NCBI GenBank assembly: GCA_045888315.1
Contig: JBGCVQ010000001.1
Coordinates: 1 to 56,612, forward strand
Source of the DNA: Anaerolineales bacterium
Lineage (GTDB): Bacteria; Chloroflexota; Anaerolineae; Anaerolineales; UBA11858
Reading direction: 5' to 3'
Length of the DNA stretch: 56,612 nt
Shown here one piece after another: positions 1 to 7,766 of the stretch (its first letter is position 1; each line of letters begins with the position of its first letter). The notes beneath the pieces were generated by a model. It worked only from the letters and a program-made list of their open reading frames with translations, was not told the origin of the DNA and did not search any database. The position numbers and the translations under genes were made by a program.

Positions 1-87
1 GTCTGGAACCAAAGGTTTATGTCAGCCGGGCATCTGATGGGACCAGCTACGAGGTTTTCTCCTGAGTTTACCCCCCAAAACAAGTCA

Positions 88-108
88 TGCAGGCCCTCCC
101 GGCCTGCA
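88..108 (-). terminator. Candidate stem-loop downstream of hypC; possible end of the hydrogenase operon
   Basis: On the minus strand GCAGGCC-GGGAG-GGCCTGC forms a 7-8 bp stem, followed by ATGACTTGTTTTGG. The T tract is weak. Confidence 0.3.
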
Positions 109-160
109 GGCGATAAGTTCAAGCTCTGGAAATAATGCACCCTCGATGATCAGTGAGGAA

Positions 161-430
161 TTAAATCCCGGCTTCTGGACCCAGGCCGGCATCGATCAGG
201 GATTCCGTATCATACAGTTCCTGGAGCAGTTCTAAGCTCTTTTGAGCTTCTTCTTCATCCAGCACGCTGATCGCAAACCCGACATGGATGATCACATACT
301 GCCCGATCTCGACCTCGGGCACGACTTCCAGGCAGGCCTCCCGGATCACTCCCCCAAAATCCACCTTGGCCATCCTGATGCCCCCCGCATCATAGAGTTC
401 GATCACTTTTCCAGGTACACCTAAGCACAT
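161..430 (-). CDS. hypC: [NiFe] hydrogenase maturation chaperone HypC/HupF family
   Basis: An internal Met gives the N-terminus MCLGVPGKV, the HypC signature with the essential Cys2. GGGAGG lies 5 nt upstream of ATG 430. The track ORF (161..451) carries a 7-aa extension that would bury Cys2. Confidence 0.85.
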   Translation of the reverse strand: MCLGVPGKVIELYDAGGIRMAKVDFGGVIREACLEVVPEVEIGQYVIIHVGFAISVLDEEEAQKSLELLQELYDTESLIDAGLGPEAGI

Positions 431-476
431 ACTACCTCCCAAAAAATTCAACCGCTAATTAGTTTACAAGCGCTCC

Positions 477-1529
477 TTACTCGGCTGGCAAGACCGCCCG
501 GGCGAAATCAAGGGGCTCAATTCCGGGAGATTCGATTCCATGCTGCTGGTAGAATCCCCGGATGGCATTCAGGATGGTCTCCTGGTCCGCCGGCAGGTTC
601 TCCAGGGTATTTTCCAGCCCCACCAGGTCCTTGGCGGGGTAGAAGAAGAAATCTCCTGAGAGATGGACATCTCGCAGGAACCCATCTTCCTGCACGGCGG
701 CAACCTGGATCAATCCTCCTGCTGCCTTATAGGCTTGGTGGATGACATAAACACCTTCCCTGATTTTAACCGACTCTTCAGCCTGGCGGTTATCATTCTC
801 AAACAACCAATCATTGGTGTACATTCGCTCGAAGATCTCGTCCGCTTTGGCCATCAGTTCGCCATCAACCTGATATTTGATAGGATGGCTGCCGAGCAGA
901 GGGACATAACGGCTGATGAGGTCTTCCGCGATCAGGGCCGTGTCGGGCATTTCTCCGGTCACGTCCTTGATCGTGGTCAGATTTTCCCGGAGCGTTTTGA
1001 AGACCTTGTCCCGGAATTTCTCATCCGGGACCCGGAGGCATTTGCTCATGGTCTCATGGTCGAAATCCAGGATGAGATTCCCAACCAGGATGATCATGTC
1101 ATTGATCTCCGCCGCACCGTTCCCGGAGATCTTCTGGTGCTGATAAAGGATATCATTGACGGGTTTATAGACAGCATCCACGCCAAAAGCCCGGTAGGAG
1201 CCCACAACCGGCTCCAGGAATTTGCGGTAGAAATCAGCTTTTTTGGGGGGAACTTGGGGATGATCAGCCCGCAGCACCAGCTGATAGAACAGCTGGTGAC
1301 CGTCCAGGAAGACCGCGCCGCCTCCTACCTCCCGCCGGAAGACCGGGATCCCCTGTCTGGCAGTAAACTCGAGGTCGATGACCTGCCTGGCGTTCTGGTG
1401 ACAGCCGATACACACGTATGGGGTTGCCGGTCTGAGCATGAAGAGCGCTTCCTGCCCTAAATAAGCAGCCGCATGATAGAGAGCCTGGCTGTGTTCCCAG
1501 GAAACCTGGTCTAGAAAATAATACTCCAC
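477..1529 (-). CDS. lplA: Two-domain lipoate-protein ligase (LplA / Lpl(AB)-like)
   Basis: RREVGGGAVFLD matches the LplA RRxSGGGAVFHD motif. HQKISGNGAAE contains the catalytic Lys motif KxSGxA. The C-terminal region (NDWLFEN ... VHLSGDFFFYP) resembles the LplA accessory domain. I place the start at GTG 1529, preceded by AGGAAGG, not at the track start 1928. Confidence 0.75.
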   Translation of the reverse strand: MEYYFLDQVSWEHSQALYHAAAYLGQEALFMLRPATPYVCIGCHQNARQVIDLEFTARQGIPVFRREVGGGAVFLDGHQLFYQLVLRADHPQVPPKKADFYRKFLEPVVGSYRAFGVDAVYKPVNDILYQHQKISGNGAAEINDMIILVGNLILDFDHETMSKCLRVPDEKFRDKVFKTLRENLTTIKDVTGEMPDTALIAEDLISRYVPLLGSHPIKYQVDGELMAKADEIFERMYTNDWLFENDNRQAEESVKIREGVYVIHQAYKAAGGLIQVAAVQEDGFLRDVHLSGDFFFYPAKDLVGLENTLENLPADQETILNAIRGFYQQHGIESPGIEPLDFARAVLPAE

Positions 1530-1567
1530 AATGACCTTCCTGATTTTGATGTTGGACCGAGTGAGGC

Positions 1568-2047
1568 TTATACCCTGTCCCAGTCGGCAATGATCCTTTC
1601 TGCCCTGGCAAGCAGATCGGGGATGACAGCTGAGATCTCCGGACTCAGCTCGGTACCGATTCCCAGATCGAACGGCACAGCGCCCACCAGGTGCAGATGA
1701 CCGGGCAGCTTCTCGCGGAATCTTGCCAACCCCAGCACCTCTTGAAAGGTGATCTGGTGATCGGACATCTTGATCCCGGTGTACATGGGGATCTCGTCCC
1801 CGTCCAGTTCGATCACGGATCCTGGATCCTGGCGGGCATTCACCGCATCCAGGATCAGCAGATGGCTGGCTCCCTCCACCCAGGAGAGCAGGTTCAACCC
1901 CAGCACTCCCCCATCCACGAATTCCCACCCGGGAAGATCTCCCAGACGGGCCTCCAAGGCCTTGAGGGCGTGTACGCCCAACCCTTCATCCTTATTCAAG
2001 GTGTTACCTAAACCAAGAACGATTTTTCTACCTGGTTGATCAGTCAT
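1568..2047 (-). CDS. [NiFe] hydrogenase maturation endopeptidase (HyaD/HybD/HupD family)
   Basis: IVLGLGNTLNKDEGLGVH, LILDAV and MSDHQITFQEVL are typical of HybD-type proteases. It lies directly downstream of the large subunit, which carries a cleavable C-terminal extension. Confidence 0.9.
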   Translation of the reverse strand: MTDQPGRKIVLGLGNTLNKDEGLGVHALKALEARLGDLPGWEFVDGGVLGLNLLSWVEGASHLLILDAVNARQDPGSVIELDGDEIPMYTGIKMSDHQITFQEVLGLARFREKLPGHLHLVGAVPFDLGIGTELSPEISAVIPDLLARAERIIADWDRV

Positions 2048-2073
2048 AATTCCACGATTTCAGAGGGTAAAGG

Positions 2074-2106
2074 ATTCGGTGGCAGCCCGATGGGCTGCCA
2101 CCGAAT
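2074..2106 (-). other. Perfect 15-bp hairpin between hynL and the protease gene
   Basis: ATTCGGTGGCAGCCC-GAT-GGGCTGCCACCGAAT begins 3 nt after the hynL stop codon. No U tract follows. Confidence 0.6.
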
Positions 2107-2108
2107 GA

Positions 2109-3854
2109 TTAGCGGATGATCTGACAAACACTCAGTCCGGTACCGACCTCACCCAGGTCCTGGCCTTCCGCGTCGATCATGTGAATGGCACAGGCCATGC
2201 AAGGATCGAAGGAATGGATGGTCCGCAGGATCTCCAGGGGCCATTCCGGTTTTGCCAGGGGCGTGCCAACCAGGGAAGCCTCATATGCCCCGGGTTTTCC
2301 GTTGTGATCCCGGGGAGAGGCGTTCCAGGTCGTAGGCACGACCATCTGGTAGTTGTCGATCTGGCCGTTCTCGATCACGATCCAATGGCCCAGGGCGCCG
2401 CGGGGGGCTTCCATGTAGCCAAATCCCCTGGCAGATTTCGGCCATGTGTTCGGCTCCCATTTCTGGTCATTGAAGGTCTTGGTATTCCCAGCCGCGATGG
2501 CAGCCACCAGGTCATCATACATACCTGTCATGGCATCGGCAAAGACCTTGGTCTCGATCCCCCGGGCAGCGGTGCGGCCCAGGGTGGAGAAAACTGCCTC
2601 CAGCGGGGCGCCCAGGGTCTTGAGGACGTAATTGGTCAGTTCCTGGGTTTGCTCATGACCCGAAGCGTACATGACCAGCACCCGGGCCAAGGGGCCGACT
2701 TCCATCGGCGTGTCATTCCAGCGGGGCGCTTTCAACCAGGAATATTTCTGATCGACCTCCAGGAAATCATAAGGAGGGTAAGGACCGGTGAACTTGAACT
2801 CGGTCTCCCCTTCCCAGGGATGCAAGCCTTTTCCATCCCCACCCTGATAGTCATACCAGGAATGGGTCACGAATTCCTTCATGAGGTCGAAGTCGCGGGG
2901 ATTGGGCTCGATGATATTGTTGAGGTCGCGGCCCATGATCACGGCCCTGGGAACCAGGAATTGGGATGTGTCGCTGTTATCCGGCCCCGGGAACTCACCC
3001 CAGGTCAGGAAATTCCCCAGGCCCTCTCCCAAGGAAGCGTATTCCAGGTAATAGGGCGCGATGGCCAGCAGGTCGGGGATATAGACCTGGTCCACGAATT
3101 CCTGCATGCGCTGGATGGAATCCTTGATGATCGATAGGCGGCTGATATTCAAAGCGGTATCGCTGTTGACGTCGATCGGCATGGGGACACCACCGACCAC
3201 GAAGTTCGGATGGGGGTTCTTGCCGCCAAAGATGGTGTGGATCTGAGTGACATGGGACTGCCAGTCCAGAGCTTCCAGATAATGGGCAACAGCCAGCAAG
3301 TTCACTTCCGGGGGCAGCTTATAAGCTGGATGCCCCCAGTAAGCATTGGCGAACAGGGAAAGCTGCCCACTGTCAACAATGCGCTGGACTTTGGCCTGCA
3401 CATCCGCAAAATAACCCGGCGAAGAATTCTTCCAGGCTGAAATGCTCTGCTGGATCTGACTGGTCACAGCGGGATCAGCCTTGAGGGCAGAAACCACATC
3501 CACCCAGTCCAGGGCGTGCAGATGGTAGAAATGCATGACATGGTCATGGACATACTGCTGGGCGATCATCAAATTGCGGATCAGGTTGGCCGCTTCCGGG
3601 ATCTGGATGCCCAGGGCATCCTCCACCGAGCGGATCGAGGCAAAGGAATGCACCGTGGTGCAAACCCCGCAAGCCCGCTGGGTGAATGCCCAGGCTTCCC
3701 GTGGATCACGGCCTTTGAGGATCTTCTCGATCCCCCGCACCATGGTGCCGGAGGAGTAGGCGCTAGCGATCTTGTTGTCAGCATCGAGTTCCGCTTCGAT
3801 TCGCAGATGGCCTTCAATACGTGTAATGGGATCAATCACTATTCTCTCAGTCAT
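2109..3854 (-). CDS. hynL: [NiFe] hydrogenase large subunit, group 1 membrane-bound uptake type (Isp-type context)
   Basis: It has N-terminal RIEGHLRIE and RACGVCTTVHS (RxCGxCxxxH). The C-terminal DPCMACAIH is followed by a 23-aa extension for proteolytic maturation. Confidence 0.95.
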   Translation of the reverse strand: MTERIVIDPITRIEGHLRIEAELDADNKIASAYSSGTMVRGIEKILKGRDPREAWAFTQRACGVCTTVHSFASIRSVEDALGIQIPEAANLIRNLMIAQQYVHDHVMHFYHLHALDWVDVVSALKADPAVTSQIQQSISAWKNSSPGYFADVQAKVQRIVDSGQLSLFANAYWGHPAYKLPPEVNLLAVAHYLEALDWQSHVTQIHTIFGGKNPHPNFVVGGVPMPIDVNSDTALNISRLSIIKDSIQRMQEFVDQVYIPDLLAIAPYYLEYASLGEGLGNFLTWGEFPGPDNSDTSQFLVPRAVIMGRDLNNIIEPNPRDFDLMKEFVTHSWYDYQGGDGKGLHPWEGETEFKFTGPYPPYDFLEVDQKYSWLKAPRWNDTPMEVGPLARVLVMYASGHEQTQELTNYVLKTLGAPLEAVFSTLGRTAARGIETKVFADAMTGMYDDLVAAIAAGNTKTFNDQKWEPNTWPKSARGFGYMEAPRGALGHWIVIENGQIDNYQMVVPTTWNASPRDHNGKPGAYEASLVGTPLAKPEWPLEILRTIHSFDPCMACAIHMIDAEGQDLGEVGTGLSVCQIIR

Positions 3855-3865
3855 AATATCTGCTC

Positions 3866-4189
3866 CTACTGCTCGCGCAACCAGGCCAGCGCTTGTTCCT
3901 CGGACTGGAAGTGACGAACCTCGTGTACATAGTAGCTGTCAGGGATCTCAAGTGTTACCGGGTCGAGATCAGCGCCGATGATGGCTGAAATCGGCATCAT
4001 AGGGCGAAACTGTTTCAGCTGCGCAGCGCATTCCTCCCCGGTCGTACCGCTCAGGTCGATCAGCAATTTCCCGTGGTAGTCCGCCAGGAAATTGGCCAGC
4101 GACCGCACATCTTCATGGGAGAACTTGCTGGTATGAACACAGCGCAAGATCCCTTTTTCCACAGGTGTAAGTGTAAAGGATGCCGTCAT
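3866..4189 (-). CDS. Hypothetical 107-aa protein inserted between isp2 and hynL, possibly SpoIIAA/STAS-like
   Basis: The ORF fills the gap exactly, with 10-11 nt spacers on each side. KLLIDLSG and the C-terminal VRHFQSEEQALAWLRE resemble STAS/SEC14-like (DUF3478-type) proteins. The fold call is weak. Confidence 0.55.
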   Translation of the reverse strand: MTASFTLTPVEKGILRCVHTSKFSHEDVRSLANFLADYHGKLLIDLSGTTGEECAAQLKQFRPMMPISAIIGADLDPVTLEIPDSYYVHEVRHFQSEEQALAWLREQ

Positions 4190-4199
4190 CTGATACCTC

Positions 4200-5459
4200 C
4201 TAGGTTTCTAAGGCGTCGGCTACCATTTGAGCGAAGCCAGCCACTTTGACATCCAGATTGAAATGACCCACGCAGTCCGTGAACTGCAGGCGGCAGTTGG
4301 AGCAGGCCATCACCACCGTATCTGCACCGATTTTCTCGAGCTGGTCCATCTTCAATTCGAAGACAGCATAGCGTAGAGGGTCGGCGTCCTTGATGGCGAT
4401 CACGCCTCCACCGCCGCCGCAGCAGATCGCCTGCTCTTTATTGGGACTCATCTCCTTGAAGGAATCCGGAGCCAGGATGTTCATGACCAGGCGGGGTTCC
4501 TTGATATGGCCGCCATTGCGCTGGATCTTGCAGGCGTCATGAAAGGTGATGGTGCCGTTGTTGTAGGCGTTTGCCTTGAGCTTGATGCGCCCGGATTCGA
4601 CATATTCGCCGATCAGCCCCACGATGTGGGTGATCTCCAGGTCCGGGGGAACGTCGACCAGGTTGTAGGCTGTCCAGCGCAGCGCGTCATAAGCGTGACC
4701 GCATTCAGTGACCACGATCTTCTTGACACCCATCTCTTGCGCGCCATCCAGCACCCGCTTGAGGATCACTTTGGTATGCGCCTTACTCCCCTCATAAAAA
4801 CCGAAGTTCACGACCTCCCGGGCTTTAGAGCTCAGGGTCCAGTTCTCTCCAGCCGCATTAAGGATCTCGGCAATGGCAGCCAGGTTCTGGGGAAATTTCA
4901 TGATCTCGATCGAGGAGAATACCACCAGGGTCTCGGCGTCTTTCTTGTCGAGGGGGATATCGACCTCCCACTCATCCTGTACGAAATCTATCCTCTCCGA
5001 GAAGACATCGTCAGTGACGCCTAGCGGGCTGCCCTCATCGAGCTGCTTCTGGACCGCGTCCTCCAAATCTGTGGGAACAACTCCCGCGGCCACCAAGCCG
5101 GTGCGCACATCCGCGATCAAGTGGCCGATATCGATGCCCATCGGGCACACCAGGGCGCATTTGTTGCAGACCGTACAAGCGTGGTAGACATACGAGCTCC
5201 AGTTCTGGAGGTCCTCTTCTGTGACCCGCTTATCAACCCCAAGAGCCAGTTTGATCTTACCGCCCAGGGTGAAGCGCTGCTCGTAAGCTTTGCGGAGCAG
5301 CTCGAACTTCCAGACCGGGGCATATTCGGGAACGCCGGTTGCCTGGTAGAAGTGGCAGGCCTCTGCGCACATACCGCAGCGGGTGCAAGCTTCCAGCTGC
5401 GATGCAACTCGGGAACCAGTTTCCCTGATAAATGTATCAATTGCGTTTTGAGTGTCCAT
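4200..5459 (-). CDS. isp2: Isp2: HdrD/DsrK-like Fe-S protein with two 4Fe-4S ferredoxin motifs and CCG cysteine-rich domains
   Basis: Motifs seen: CTRCGMCAEAC, CTVCNKCALVCP, and CCGGGGG ... CSNC (CCG domain). It has no signal peptide. Its position after isp1 matches hynS-isp1-isp2-hynL operons. Confidence 0.88.
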   Translation of the reverse strand: MDTQNAIDTFIRETGSRVASQLEACTRCGMCAEACHFYQATGVPEYAPVWKFELLRKAYEQRFTLGGKIKLALGVDKRVTEEDLQNWSSYVYHACTVCNKCALVCPMGIDIGHLIADVRTGLVAAGVVPTDLEDAVQKQLDEGSPLGVTDDVFSERIDFVQDEWEVDIPLDKKDAETLVVFSSIEIMKFPQNLAAIAEILNAAGENWTLSSKAREVVNFGFYEGSKAHTKVILKRVLDGAQEMGVKKIVVTECGHAYDALRWTAYNLVDVPPDLEITHIVGLIGEYVESGRIKLKANAYNNGTITFHDACKIQRNGGHIKEPRLVMNILAPDSFKEMSPNKEQAICCGGGGGVIAIKDADPLRYAVFELKMDQLEKIGADTVVMACSNCRLQFTDCVGHFNLDVKVAGFAQMVADALET

Positions 5460-5471
5460 ATCTGACCTCTA

Positions 5472-6149
5472 CTAAGGGTTGACTCCACGTTTTCCGAAAT
5501 AAATCCCCTGCCTGGTGCGGGAGAAGAAATAGAAAATGAAGTGGGAGATGCGGCTGAGGGGAATCCAGATGAGCAGGAAATCCACCGTCAGCATATGCAG
5601 CGCGAAGGCTTTCTCATAGGGATTGATGAGATGGTGCGTCATCAGGTAGCCGCTGACCATGGGCAGGAAGACCAGGGTCCAGTTCAACCATTCTGCCGGT
5701 CCGGTAAGAAGCTTCATGACCGGATTGACCAGGCGGTTGATCAGCAGGGCGATCATGGCCACGATGGATACCGCTGCCAGCCAGTCTGTGATCGGAAGTG
5801 GTAGGGTAGGCCACCCGAAACCAAGCAGGCTCTTCCAGGCCAGCATATGGGGGGTTCCCAAGATGAGGACAACCAGCAGTCCCAGGTGGAACAACCCGCC
5901 AGCCAGGTAGGTGACCATATTCTTTGAGAAAGTCCGCTTTACCCAGGGAATGAAAGGCCAGACGATCCCGCCTTTCAAATAGGACTTGACCACCCCACCC
6001 AGCTTGCTTCCCATGGAGGGTACCTTGTCCTTCTTCCAGGCCAGGAAAATCACCCTGGCAAGGCGGTATGTCATACCGCCTATAAACACCAACCACGCCA
6101 CCTTGAACAAGGGTCCGCGTGCGAATTCAAGAAGTGTATACCAGTTCAT
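5472..6149 (-). CDS. isp1: Isp1: NarI/DsrM/HdrE-like integral membrane b-type cytochrome
   Basis: About five hydrophobic helices carry His residues (FHLG, PHML, THHL, LHML, SHF). It lies between the small subunit and the HdrD-like gene. Confidence 0.8.
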   Translation of the reverse strand: MNWYTLLEFARGPLFKVAWLVFIGGMTYRLARVIFLAWKKDKVPSMGSKLGGVVKSYLKGGIVWPFIPWVKRTFSKNMVTYLAGGLFHLGLLVVLILGTPHMLAWKSLLGFGWPTLPLPITDWLAAVSIVAMIALLINRLVNPVMKLLTGPAEWLNWTLVFLPMVSGYLMTHHLINPYEKAFALHMLTVDFLLIWIPLSRISHFIFYFFSRTRQGIYFGKRGVNP

Positions 6150-6158
6150 GATTATCTC

Positions 6159-7280
6159 CTAGTCTCCATCCTGTGCGGGTTGGGCATCATCCGTGGTCTT
6201 CTTTTTTGCCTTGCCGATGGAAGAGACTGCCGCACCTGCGACAGCTCCTGCCGCAGCGGCAGCACCGACCATGGTGACCTCAGGCCTGGTGAGTGGAGCG
6301 GATTGTCCTTGATAGAATCCGCCGCCATCCCAGAAATTAGGCTCTGAGCAGCCCAGGCAGGGATGTCCGGATTGAACCGGGAATGATAACCCCTGGTCCC
6401 ACTTCATCACCGCGCAGGCGTTGTAGGTGGTGGGTCCCTTGCAGCCCAGCTTATACAGGCACCAGCCCTGCTTGGCACCTTCATCATCGAACGATCCAGC
6501 AAACTTGCCGGCCTCATAGAAGGGGCGCCGCAGGCAGCGATCGTGGATGGTGTGACCATAGAAAGGCATGGGCCGATTGAGGCTGTCCAGTTCTGGCAGC
6601 GCTCCGAAGACCACGAAGTGGGCCACGGAACCAGTGAAGACCTCCGGGATCGCCGGGCAGCCGGGAATGTTCAAGACCGGTTTATCGGTGATGATCTCCC
6701 AGACTCCTTTGGCTCCCGTGGGGTTAGGTTTAGCCTTGGGAAGTCCGCCAAAGGCAGCACAGTTCCCGGTGGCTATGATGGCAGCTGCGCCATCGGCTGC
6801 TTCTTTCAGCAGATCCAAAGCCGAACGGCCGCCTATGGTGCAGTACGCCCCATTCTCACCTGAAGGAATCGAGCCTTCGACCACTAGAACATACTGGCCG
6901 CGATACTGCTCCATGACGCTCTCTTTATTGGCTTCGGTTTGAAAACCAGCGGCTGCGGTCAGGGTCTCATGGTATTCCACTGAAATGACATTCAGGACCA
7001 GGTCGATCAATGTTGGGGACTGGGAGCGGGTCAAGGCTTCACTGCATCCAGCACAATCCTGGAATTCCAGCCAGATGACCGGGACCCGCGGCTTGGATTC
7101 CAAAGCCCGGGCAACCTGCTTAGCGGTCACTGCCCCCAGATCTGTGGGCGTTTTCCCCATCTCGAAGGGAGGAAGCTGACCCAGGCCCATAACCCCTGCC
7201 AGCATCCCACACATCTTGATGAAATCCCGCCGCGAAACGCCTTCCTTCTGTAGATGTTCGTAAATCGTTTCCTCGGGCAT
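6159..7280 (-). CDS. hynS: [NiFe] hydrogenase small subunit with Tat signal and C-terminal membrane anchor
   Basis: SRRDFIKMCGMLAG is a twin-arginine signal. Fe-S cysteine patterns are present (QDCAGCSE, GNCA, PGCP, CxxC... CLGCSEP). The C-terminal Ala/Gly-rich helix is followed by KAKKK. Confidence 0.95.
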   Translation of the reverse strand: MPEETIYEHLQKEGVSRRDFIKMCGMLAGVMGLGQLPPFEMGKTPTDLGAVTAKQVARALESKPRVPVIWLEFQDCAGCSEALTRSQSPTLIDLVLNVISVEYHETLTAAAGFQTEANKESVMEQYRGQYVLVVEGSIPSGENGAYCTIGGRSALDLLKEAADGAAAIIATGNCAAFGGLPKAKPNPTGAKGVWEIITDKPVLNIPGCPAIPEVFTGSVAHFVVFGALPELDSLNRPMPFYGHTIHDRCLRRPFYEAGKFAGSFDDEGAKQGWCLYKLGCKGPTTYNACAVMKWDQGLSFPVQSGHPCLGCSEPNFWDGGGFYQGQSAPLTRPEVTMVGAAAAAGAVAGAAVSSIGKAKKKTTDDAQPAQDGD

Positions 7281-7307
7281 CGTGATTTTCTCCTTTTCCA
7301 GCGCTGG

Positions 7308-7754
7308 TTACTCGCAGGAAACCCCATCTTCCTCTAACTTGGCTTTATAAGCATCTAGCCCTTCCGAGCCAGTAGCCAAGGAACCCTTTTCGCCATCCCA
7401 GTCCTCAGCCTTGATCTCTGCGATCCAGCCCTCCCCATAAGGATCTGAGACCACGATATTGGGATCGCTGGCCAGCTTGTCATTCCCACGGAGCAGCTCA
7501 CCCGTGACGGGAGCGGGAACCGGACCCACGAATTTACTGGATTCGACGGTCGCAGTGCTCTTTCCCTGGGGGACGGTCTTGCCGACCTTCCTGTCGCTGA
7601 CTGTCACTGCCGTAAACGAGCCCCCGGCCAGCTTGGTCGCTACTGCGGTCATACCGATCCGGATCACATTCTCACCCATGGGCTTGGCCCAGACATGTTT
7701 CTCGATCAGGTAATAGAGATCATCGGGTAGATCACATCCATTGATTTTTGCCAT
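7308..7754 (-). CDS. GcvH-family lipoyl carrier; candidate LbpA-type lipoate-binding protein
   Basis: TVESSKFVGPVPAPVTGEL ... SDPYGEGWIAEIK aligns with the GcvH core VESVKA...PVSGE...EPYxxGW. The candidate lipoyl Lys is K74. No gcvT or gcvP is in the window. Confidence 0.8.
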   Translation of the reverse strand: MAKINGCDLPDDLYYLIEKHVWAKPMGENVIRIGMTAVATKLAGGSFTAVTVSDRKVGKTVPQGKSTATVESSKFVGPVPAPVTGELLRGNDKLASDPNIVVSDPYGEGWIAEIKAEDWDGEKGSLATGSEGLDAYKAKLEEDGVSCE

Positions 7755-7766
7755 CTTGCCTCCTCC

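Noticed and set aside
1-160. A truncated hypD or other hyp gene downstream of hypC at the window edge.
   Set aside because: No open frame with HypD-like sequence runs on the minus strand there. A stem-loop follows hypC. The region is too short to call anything.
477-1928. The 483-aa ORF taken at face value as one large protein.
   Set aside because: The N-terminal ~133 aa are Arg/Gly/Pro-rich with no domain character. They overlap the well-supported hydrogenase protease gene (1568..2047) in another frame. LplA homology begins right after a GTG (1529) that has a good Shine-Dalgarno.
2181-3137. A long antisense ORF (318 aa) opposite hynL. Similar cases are 663..1460, 4506..5024, 7866..8648, 23054..23698, 40983..41747 and 47689..48237.
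   Set aside because: Each lies opposite a gene with strong motif support. The translations are Gly/Arg/Pro/His-rich with no motifs. This is the typical stop-codon-poor antisense frame of GC-rich coding DNA.
2109-3854. The possibility that this is a [NiFeSe] hydrogenase with an in-frame TGA selenocysteine.
   Set aside because: The C-terminal motif reads DPCMACAIH with ordinary Cys codons, and the frame has no internal stop.
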